Positions 12,640 to 23,500 of a stretch of 64,000 bases of DNA are shown here, piece after piece. The stretch's first letter is position 1; the number at the start of each line of letters is the position of its first letter. The DNA comes from Tubulanus polymorphus (Eukaryota; Animalia; Nemertea). Location of the stretch: assembly GCF_964204645.1 (NCBI RefSeq), contig NC_134027.1:11502485-11566484 (forward strand), written 5' to 3'. The notes under the pieces were generated by a model. It did not search any database and had not been told where the DNA came from. It was given only the letters and a program-made list of their open reading frames with translations. Position numbers and translations under genes: made by a program.

Positions 12640-13703
12640 ATCGGACCGTGGTGCTGGTACCTTCCATAATAACTCTGGGCCGCTCAATCGTGACTCACAT
12701 CATTATTTATCGTCTTCGGTCTGATGTCAAATATCGTGTCATTTATTATAATGATGATTGAGAAAATGCTCAAGTGCTCGTTCGCAGTATTCCTGGCAGC
12801 GTTAGCAATTACTGACGGATGTAATTTGACTGCACGGTATTTTTTGGATTAATTTCATCAGTGCACTTTCGGGTGGACCTTTGGTTATCAAGGTCAGTGG
12901 TGGGTTGACGAAAACCTTCATGAAATACATTAGTTTTTATTTTGCCGTAATGAGCAGTTGGTTAGTAACACTGATTAGTATTGAACGTTTTATCGTTGAC
13001 TGTTTTCCTATGTCGGCATCGTATGTGTCGCCGTCGATCGGCACGTGGCGCCACCTAGTGTAATAGATATTCGTATTCGTATTCGTATTCGTACTCTTCT
13101 CGTCCTTTGCATCATGTTAATCTACGGTTCTCTGCGTCCATGGATGAACAATGGCGCCAGTTCGTTGTAGAGAACCCAGTCAGCGTTATGACTCTAGCAT
13201 TATGGGGATTTTAATGATAATGGCTTCCTGCCCTTTATCATTATCACATTCTGTTGCATCAGTATAGTCACCGTTCTGAAAAAGCGCAGCGCTAAAATGC
13301 CCATCGTCGCTGTTAGACAACTTGAACTTGAACTTTAATTTTATTGCTCCATATAATACACAAGTTACATAGGAAATGACATGCAATAAAATATTAACAT
13401 CAAAACACAGGGAAAACAGTACAAGAGTGGACATACATTTAAAATCGCTTTTATAATGGATAACATAGGAATAGAGAATATTTACAAATAAAATATGTTA
13501 AACGTAAAACGAGACAGACCAATAACAAAGTCACTCGTCTCATGCTCTTTGTCATGCTCGTTTTTGTGTCACTGCTATTTCCTAACATAGTTAACGTCTC
13601 TCTATTAGCCGTGCTCCCACAATCACGACGAACATTGGAAAAGGTATTAGGTGTAGTTCCCGCAATTCTGTGGGAAATAAGCAATTCTGTTAATTTCCTC
13701 ATT
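12640..13703 (+). pseudogene. Rhodopsin-class (peptide-receptor-like) GPCR pseudogene
   Basis: Fragments in different frames: SFAVFLAALAITDG (TM2), SSWLVTLISIERFIVDCFP (TM3), KVTRLMLFVMLVFVSLLFP (TM6) and LWEISNSVNFLI (TM7). Stops and frameshifts lie between them, and the gene is cut at TM7 by a LINE tail. Confidence 0.75.
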
Positions 13704-16420
13704 AATAATAATAATAATAATAATATTTATTTACAGTCCGTTACATAAAATATCTCAACAGACTTTACAAATTGACAAAAACATAAGACAATTGACAGAT
13801 ATATAAAATATTACCCAATAAAATAGATATTTAATTTCAAACGGTTGCTTCAAGTAAAATCATTTGTAGTGCTGATTAAATAGGTGCGTTTTCAATTGCG
13901 AGGTAAAACTATTAAGGGAAGATAAATCGCGCATCGACTGTGGCAAAGCATTCCAAAGGCGGGGGGCTACCACCGCAAAAGCTCGAGAGCCATAAAATTC
14001 TTGGCGGTATCTCGGTTCAAATAATTTAGTTGCCACGGTCGAGCGCGTGTGTCTGGAAGGTGTAAGAGTGGTTAAAACAGACGAAAGATAGGCTGGTACT
14101 TGGTCATGCAAAATTTTAAAAGTTAACAGGAGAATTTTGTATTCAATGCGCGATTGAACAGGGAGCCAATGTAGTTCATACAGTATAGGAGTGATATATG
14201 CTCGTGCTTCTTAGTTAGAGCAGGGAAGTGTGATGAGACACTTCCCTGGTTCCCTTCCCTTTACATCACACTTCCCTGGTTAGAGTGACTAGGCGTGCGG
14301 CAGAATTTTGAAGCATTTGTAGGCGAGAAATATAACAATTCGGAAGACCGTAGAGAAGACTATTACAGTAATCTAATTTGGAAGTTATAAAAGCGTGAAT
14401 CAATCTTTCGGTGCTAGTGCGATCTAAAAACTTGCGTATTTTACCAATGCGATGCAGGGAGTAAGAAATCGATCTACAGACGTAAGATATATGACAAGAC
14501 ATGGTAAAATTATGATCGAAATAAAAGCCAAGATCTCTGACTGACTGACAAGTAGCTATACTGTCATCTCCTATTCTAATACTTGATAGCTTGTCTCCCT
14601 TACGAAATTTTGACGTAAAATGTATAATCTCCGTCTTACTATCATTAAAAACAAGTCTATTGCACTTCAACCATTCCTTTATTTCGTCAACACACTTCTC
14701 AACTCTTGATTTAGAAGCTGCACAACTCTTGCAGACGAAATAAATCTGGGTATCATCGGCATATAACATTAAGTCGAGTTTATGTTTAATAATAATTTCT
14801 TCGATTGGTGCAAGATATAAACTGAAAAGTGTAGGGCCTAGTACACTCCCATGAGGTACACCACACATGAGTTTAACATTTTGAGATGACGATCTGTCAA
14901 TCACAACACGCTGATACCTATTTTCTAAATATGACCTAAACCATTCTAAAGGAACATCTTTCACTCCATACCGATTCTGTAATCTATTCAATAGAATACC
15001 GTGATCCATGGTGTCAAAAGCCGCAGTTAGATCTAATAAGACGAGCACTACTTCATCGTGATTATCAAGAGCTAACAAAATATCATTGTGTACTTTTAAA
15101 ACTGCCGTTTCGGTGCTATGGAACTTCCTATAGGCAGACTGAAATGTTGAGAAGAGGTTATTATCAGATAAATACTGACTCAAATCATTCAATACATGCC
15201 GCTCTATAGCTTTACTGATAAAAGGTAGATTAGAGACAGGTCGATAGTTACATAAAACATTTGAATTAAGACCTGGCTTTTTCAACAATGGCCTGACTGT
15301 TGCTATTTTGAAAGAGTCAGGAACTGTGCCCTCAGTGAGGGACAAGTTAAAAATATCGACTAACTTTGGTAAAACTTCAGGTAAACATTGTTTTAGAAAA
15401 GTAGTGGGAATCGGATCAATTGAACATGACTTATTGGTCATTGAAGTGATAATGTCGTTGAGAGACTTTTCAGTAACCGTACTAAAACTATTGAAGGAAT
15501 GACCAAGATCTATAAAAGGAAACCGAGGGAGTGGTACATCAATAAAAGAATCACATAGTTTGCCAATTTTCACAACAAAAAAAATCAGAAAATCGATTAG
15601 CCAGTTCTTTGGGATTGCTGTGCTCTGGCAGCGCGGAAATTACAGACTTCTTATCACTTGTCCATTCATCGACAAGGGGGAATAACTTTCTCTGATCGGT
15701 ACAGTCTGCTATCCGACCGCGATGATAGGATCTTGAGGCTTCTTGCAACAAACTATGGTACTCAATCCGATTGGCATGATAAATCTGTTTATCGACCTCT
15801 AATTTAGATGAGATCCACTTCCGTTCGTGGCTACGTAAAACACGCCTAGCAGCCTGAAGATTGGGTCCATACCATGGAGCGCGAGGCTTATCGGTGAAAG
15901 TTTTAGTCTTTTCTGGCGCTAGATAGTCCAAAACTGACTTCATCTTAGCATCATAGTCATTCGCCAAAGAATTAAACGCATTGAATTAACGCATTGACCA
16001 GTCATAAGGTTAGGGAAGCGTTCGTCGAAAAGTTTCTAGTTTGGTCGCCCGTAGCGAAACCCGATTTAGGGATCGAATGAATAAAAAGACAAAAAGGTCC
16101 GAGAGACACCGATGTCCCCGATACCCACGATATCTGGTATTGACATACGATAAATAGCGTACAATGTGACAATTTTTGAGGATTCTGAACACGAGAATAC
16201 CGATGACCTACTTTTGTAAGGAGAATCAAAGAAGACCGTTGACTCGAACAAAGTCGTGTGAACGCGTCTTTTTAGAACTAAGATAATCGACGAAGAGCAA
16301 ATCGCGGGCCAAAAGAACTCGCGCTTTATTGCAGGAAAACTTGCGGGAACGTCTTTAGAACTTACGAATGGGCGGCGTGTCGACGAAAGAATCAAAAAAC
16401 CGATGTCAGTCGGTAAACCT
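13703..16420 (-). mobile_element. Decayed, 5'-truncated L2/Crack-like LINE (ORF2: endonuclease remnant plus reverse transcriptase)
   Basis: ORFs 15551-15967, 14266-15573 (NYRPVSNL, DLTAAFDT, GVPHGSVLGP, LYADDTQ) and 13860-14111, plus LHWLPVQSRIEYK. (TTA)n 3' tail at about 13703-13724. Multiple frameshifts. Confidence 0.9.
14221..14278. mobile_element. 58-bp mini DNA transposon inserted in the LINE, 15-bp TIRs, 7-bp TSD
   Basis: CAGGGAAGTGTGATG ... CATCACACTTCCCTG, with GTTAGAG at 14214-14220 and 14279-14285. Removing it restores the LINE peptide ARLVTLTKKHEH. Confidence 0.8.
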
Positions 16421-16811
16421 TACTGTAAAACTTCGTTCATAGGATTCCTGTGGACACAAATATCGTACTAAACGCGCTCCGTGTTATCCAAAGCTGTGTT
16501 AATATAGGTAGCTGGAACATGCTGAAAATGATAATGATAATCAAATTAAACGGATTTCGTCACCACAATTTCAGTGTGGTCCCAACATCTATTCAAATTG
16601 TTGTCCCAAAGTCGGATCATTTATTAACCATGTAAAAAATTACACTATTCTTTCAGATGTTAAAAACAGGCTTCACCATAACCAGGATATTATGTTGAAA
16701 TACATATAGTAAATAGATAAACACGAAAGTTTCATTTCCATTCAGTGACGTTTTTCTATGGCCATATCGGATTTTTTACTTAAAAAGTGAAAAATCCGAC
16801 TTCCCCGTAGT

Positions 16812-17145
16812 CGGACTTTACATCAACATCTATCCGAGAAATAAAAATGGACAAAAATTATCTTCAACCTTCAACCTTGTAATGTCTCGATGGATTAAAT
16901 TAGGCAGCCAACGAAGTCAGTCACTTGCCGGTTCAGATTGGTCAGATTGTTTGAATGAACCGGAACCGGACTTCCCAATTGTGTACTTCGATTCATACAA
17001 TAACTTCTGTAATTTTGACTGCCGATCACACAACTATATCTGTACTTCAATTTTCGATTTCAAAATCAAACCCCCAGTTTCGCTCCCGCAGGGTGTGGTG
17101 GATTTGTAAGGGACATAAAAGCAAAAAATCTGACGAAATCTACCA
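16812..17145 (-). repeat. Inverted partner of the 11270-11672 repeat
   Basis: The reverse complement aligns by eye with 11270-11672. Confidence 0.75.
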
Positions 17146-17469
17146 ATTAAATAAATGACAGGGTCAATCCCTATTTTAAGATAAAAAGAACAACATAACA
17201 CAAATTTAGAAAAAATTAAATATATATTCTTTTTATGCCACTTTTGTTTTTATTGATATTAATTGAACACTATATAAACTCAGACTTACGCCTAGGCAGT
17301 AAAATAATGATGATTCCCATACGAAGGGCTAGAAATTTCATAATCTCTACAACGTACGTGAATACAAAAATCCGAATTATCCATTCAAAATAGGGGAAAC
17401 GTAGGCCTACAATTGATAGGTATGGTTACTTATCATTCAGTGTGATTACCACAAGGTCTGATTCTAAAC

Positions 17470-17700
17470 TGAAGAAATATATTTTTCTTGGCTATCATAA
17501 TTATCGTCTCTCCTTCTCTACGAAATCCACCTCTTGCTCTGATCACCAAACATGCTGACCAACGGATGCCATTTAAACAGTAAAATTAAGTGATGGACTG
17601 CTTTGGTGATCTAAACACTGGTTGGTACACATTGTAGATTGTTCGGTTCAGAACCACTCGAAAATTCGGTTCAGACCTATTATCCTAGACACTTTTTCGT
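17470..17700 (+). repeat. Dispersed repeat of about 240 bp; second direct copy at about 28010-28267 in a PQBP1 intron
   Basis: TGAAGAAATATATTTTTCTTG...ATCCTAGACACTTTTTCGT is present at both loci. Confidence 0.75.
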
Positions 17701-17977
17701 AAAAGGGTTGTTTAAATTGTAGTTTTCGCTCGATTGTGATTAAAATTGAAATCCCTTACTGCTCTAAAACGAACTTATTCGTGGATTTTCTGATTAACGT
17801 CCAACAAATTCCGCTTGTTGTAGTGGTTGAATGACTACTAAGCGTCCTGTAAAGCTTAATTCCAAAACGTAGATAGAATTAAATGAAAAAAAATGTGAAA
17901 CTGATTTCGACTGCGTTCTGGGGCACATCGATGAAAATGTTATTTTCCACTTTCAACATTGGTTAGTCTGATTTGAA

Positions 17978-18993
17978 TTATACCGTTGATGCAATTGTAT
18001 TTTCCGGAGTGGGTGGTGGACTCTTTGGAGTAGACTGCGTTGTGTATCTTCGAAAAACTGTATAGGCCACACAATTGAAAGGACCTCCGAGATTCGTGAA
18101 AAAGACCGTCGCCATAATCATTAATGGAGTCGGTATAGAAACCAAGGCCCATATCGAGTTAACGACGAAAGCGGTGTACTGCAGAACGTAAGCCGACACG
18201 AAAACTGTCATCGAATAAGCGGAATGGTAAAGTTTACGTTTTTTATGCACCATGTCGGCGGTGTTGTACATGCCCAAACGATTTGTAACTTGTTTTATGC
18301 GTATCCACGTGATAAGATATAAGATACAGTTTCCGAAAAATACCAGGATCATGATGATTGAATGCACCGAATTTAGAGCTTTCCACTTGGGATCCATACG
18401 GATGAAGCACCTGGAAAATAGAAGGCATCGGTGTATAGAGCCAAAATCCTTACCTTTATACAATGAAAAAGTAATTACTGAATTTTAGTTGATTTGACAT
18501 ACCATGATCCGCTTGGTCCATAATAAGGCACCGAAACACCTATTATTCCCATGATGAAAGGTAAACCCATAGGCACCAACCACAAACGCCAGTCATACAC
18601 GCCGAAACTCAACTTTTTATCCATGACAACCATAAGAAAAGTATTCAACGCAATCGTCATCGTCATTAGAGGAGTTCCGACAACAAATTGCTGCAGAAAG
18701 AACGCGAATACCAAGCATAGTGTCTTTGGAGGATAGGCCCGCGCTGCGAAAATGTATATATGATCCGATAAGTGGCTTATGTTGAAGAGCAAGTCACAAA
18801 ATTGTAGATATATAACAAACCGTTCGACTCGTTGTTTTTTACGTAAATTACAAGCAGGCTGCTCGGTGAAAAGAACGGCAATCACCGTCGTGCTAACTAT
18901 AATGCTGATACTGAGACACGATACAGCGATCGTATGAATTGTGACAAATACCGGCCCGGGGTGACCAATAAGCACATCCGTTGAATTATCCAT
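17978..18993 (-). CDS. Two-exon 7TM G-protein-coupled receptor (cAMP-receptor/GPR157-like), copy 2, about 307 aa
   Basis: Exons 18993-18503 and 18410-17978 (924 nt, in frame). Same intron position as, and highly similar to, the copy at 294-1298. Confidence 0.8.
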
Positions 18994-20578
18994 CGTTATT
19001 TCGACTTAATCGACAATACATTTTATAAGGTTATATACGAAGGATGTCCCGATGACGCAGATTCATTTCAGAAAAATGGTAAAACGGCCAAAAACCGAGC
19101 TGACTCACAAGAAGATCCGGTTCCGAGCATCAGCCAATTGAATAATCGATTATCAAATTTACGTATATGCGGATATAATTCAGAAAAAAAACAGGAATTG
19201 CAATAAAAGCTATATGCAAGAACCCGCATTATATGTACCGGTAATGCACGTACCAGACAGAGGAACAATAGTTAGATTGCCTCTCTGCATGTTAACATCA
19301 AATCCAATTATATATTTGGAATGAATAAACTTCGGTTAGATCCGGCTCTGCTCTATACTATATAATTTCAAAGGTCAAAATGCCCTCTAAATCCGATTCC
19401 GAGTTACATATGCTATTCGTGCTAAAAGCCGGGAGATTAAGCTGATGTTAGGAACCAAACTGTAGATCCGTTGCTTCATTGGACTTTCGCACCTCCTCGT
19501 ATTAAATTGAATTGATGAATTCACAGCATCAAAAGTTTGCGGTGGTTACTCTATTGATCTTTGTAGTTTATTCAAATTTTCTGCCTGCAAAATTACTCGC
19601 TTTGAACTAAAAGTTTGAACTGCTGAGCAAAATTTGCAAGAATTTGTTCATAGATAGTTTAATGGTCCAGCAATTTGATTTTTAATTTTTTTTTTGTGAG
19701 AAAAATTGATTATTGAGAAATCCTGAAAAAGTGCAGGTTGAACGAAAAGCCTTGCATGGACACACTCTTGTAATAATTTCCCCTCTCATTTACTTGGTGA
19801 TTTATTGACTTGATTCGTATGGCCGGGTTTGATTTTGAAATCAGAAATCGAAGTTTGATGCCTGGCCTCGGCCGAATTAACCTCAATTCCCGGTTCGTGT
19901 AATCAAATCCACCGCCGGCAAGTAACTGTTGGGGTGTAATTCATTGTTGCTAGCAATTTCATATAAAACTAATTAGAACGTATATTGTAGTGTATGAGGG
20001 TCTCTGAGCACCCGTTTAAGGTGCCTCGACATTACCGGTGTTCCAGATAACGAAGTGCCGGTCCATCACCGTGCTTCGGGCCTACCAAGAAGGTCGCGTT
20101 CTCGAAATAGCGGAGACAGGGAGGTCCAAGAAATCGCAGAAAAGGGGGTGTTTTCTTGGTTTTTTTCTAAGAACGGCTAAAATTTCAATGAGTCACTGAG
20201 GCCGTTCTCTATGCTTTGATTTGTGCACGTGTAATTTTCATTTCTATTCAAAACATCAAAAAAGATTTTCATTGTATGTCATTTTCTGATGGACTTTGAA
20301 AAGAAATTCATTGTACAGGAACCGAAATAAAGAGGCACCAGCAGCCCCGGTATCTTCACCTGGGGCCGAACTCGACTGAGTTCTTTGGGAACCGTGGCAA
20401 GTGACCATGCAGCAGTCCGTTCCAGGTTCCTAGCCCAAATATCAGCCAAAACCTAGAATTAGCTTAAACCTCTCAGCAGCAGCGTCCGCTCGATTACACA
20501 GTTAAATGTCATCATATATATTTTCATAAAATTCAATTTTTGGCCAAGAATAACAAACTTAAGTATTTAATCGCAGCA

Positions 20579-23500
20579 ATGCCTCTGCCACCAGCATTAC
20601 TGGCGCGACTACAAAAGCGAGGTATCGTAACTAAACGAACACAATCAGAAAAGAAAGGTAGGTATCTTCAACGAAGAGAAGATTCAATTCAATTCAATTT
20701 ATTCATCATAAAATCTGGACGACATACAAAGATTGTCAATGAATTTCTTAAATTTAAAATCTCACCAGTTTTCAATAAATAAATATCCCAGAGAAACAAG
20801 TCTCATCTATTGATAAATGGACATTAGACTACTGTGTCTGTCACCCCTGCTCTCTGTCGACTCCGTGCGACGTTTTGGTCCGTAATTTTGTTAATAATCG
20901 GTTTATCTACCTTAATTACACGTCAATTTGTTCAGTGAGGAATTTGCATTCAGAAATAAACGAACACTTTTTACTAAAGTGGTTTTTGTTTTCATTTATG
21001 AGCACTAGTTTACTCGGCATACGCCTGCGTAAAGTCTGAATACCAGTCGTTGTTACCGGTTCCCTAATGTCTATTTCAACCTGACTTGAGAGCATTCCGG
21101 GTGGCCTAGCTCACTCAGTTTTGGTAGTACATACCTGTTAAAGGTCTTAGTAGGACCAGAAAGGACAGGCAGTCGACCTGAATCATCATTTTTTAATCCA
21201 TTTGAAACTGTATTGAAGGATATCCAAAAAGTCTGCATTGAGAGGGGTTCCTGAGAGATAAGAGACTCCATGATTTGAAAGTTTAACAATATATCTCCAT
21301 GCCTACCAACTGTTAGGTTTGTAGGCATGGAAACATATTGTTAAGCTTTCAAATCATGGAGTCACTTCTCTTCATTTAACCCCTTTCAGTGAAGACATTT
21401 TGGATATCCTTCAATACAGTTTCAAATCGATTAAAAAATGATGATTTAGGTCGACTGCTTGTCCTTTCTGGTCCTACTAAGACCTTTATCAGGTATGTAC
21501 TACCAAAAATAAGCGAGCTAGGCCACCCGGAATGCTCTCAAGTCAGGTTGAAATAGACATTACGTCTGACGCTAAAGTATCATGTAGAGGTTAACTCCTG
21601 TTAATTGCAATGCAACAACTGATTTTAGTGTCAAATCAAACCTTTGTACTAAAATCAATAAATTAGTTACCTTGTTGACTTTGAAAACGCGTTTTATAAC
21701 AATATTTTTGATGATTTAAATTGCGAACCGGAGAATTTATTGATTTGATTTGAATTGAATTGATTGTCACAATCGGGATTTCCAATACGAACTAAATTAA
21801 TAAAATGTGAAAATTCAATATGTCTCTCTAAAATTACTGTAAATGTTATTTTTTGTTGATAAAATGCATAAATTTTGGTCAATTTTAACCTTAAGAATTT
21901 GAAACAAGAAGAATATCTGCATTGGCATCAAATGTCAGTCAAAGTTCAAGTCCGTATCCGTAATTTACACTCCCATCATGCACCACGAAAAGCCGCCATA
22001 TTTGTTATGTTGCTTCACTTCAACTATTTTTTGAGCCGACAAGTCAAGGTTACCAACAAGTGCGCATGCGCCAAGGGGAAAGGCTGTCTGCTAACAGCTC
22101 CGATCAATTTCGGATTTTTGGACCGTAAAACTAGCTAACGGACTGTGTATTCACTACATATTATCAGATTCGGCCCAAGGAACCATCAGAAATTGCTGAA
22201 GCGCTGCGACAACGTAAATTGGTTGCATTTGCAGTAGTTTTAAGTCGGTTAGAGATGTTGATTTTGACACTTGGCAACACGTGTGTTTACACCGGAAGTA
22301 AACAAACCAGCGCTCACAGAAATCCATACGCAGAGGAAATAGGACAACTTCATTTTATTATTAACTGACAAGTTAGCCGTTTGAAACCAACTATGATGGC
22401 TTCGGGATTAAACGAAGGGAATAAGTATTCAATACGTAATAATGAAGCTAACGAAACGAACAGTATTAGGCAACTGGTGCGAAACCTGCGTCAGAACGAT
22501 GTATGAAGATATTGACCTGAAAAATTTGATGTTCTTCATCTGCAAGCCATGCAAGGAGGATCTTCCTAACCTAAGCAGAACAAGAAATGAGTTTAGTCCT
22601 GAAATTACCGGTACTCATAGTTTCTCACCGGAGGACTTAGCTTGCATGAAAGATATTTTCAAAGCTGGAATCAAAGAGGTTGCCGATCAAAAAGTAGACA
22701 AGGACGACTTCAAGCAACTTCTAACTGAATTAAGTAAGCTCAACACAAAGGTTGAAACGATGAGCACAAACCTTGAAAAGTCTGAGACCAAGAGGATACA
22801 GGAAATTGAAGAGAAAGTAACACAAAATATAGAAAGCGATATTCGTGATATAACCGATAGTATCCTGGAGTCAAGACAGAGACGTACCCACCTGATCCTG
22901 TACAACGTCCCCGAATGCAATGACCCGGACTGGAAAGTTAGATTAAAAACAGATAGTGATGCTGTCGAACGATTTCTCACTATTACTCTGGGAGCATCAG
23001 TCGAAAAACCAAAGCACCTGATGAGATTGGGATCCCAACGTACAGTCGGGTCAGACAGACCTCTTAGAGTAATATTGAATACGGAATGGGAAAAAGATTC
23101 ATGCTTAGATCGCTATCTCAACAAACTTCGATACAATAGGGATACTTTAGGAAATATCAGAATGAGCGAAAATAAATCAAAACTTGAAATGAAAAAGTAC
23201 AAGAAACTACGTGACGAACTCGAAAGAAGACAGCAAAATGGGGAGAAAAACTTGACAATCAGAAATTACCGAATAGTTGAACAACGAGCCAACAACAGTA
23301 GAGATAACAGCTTTCGATAAAAGGGATGTAGACCAACAGCCAATCAAAGTTTGCATCCCAGAAAACACCAGAAAAATTTACAAAAATCAGGACGATCAAA
23401 AAACGCATGAAACGAAAACTGAAAAAATTCATAAAATTCGAGATAATAAATTCCAAGTAATCGAACGGAACTCCAATCAAAACGCCAGTCGACAAATTCA

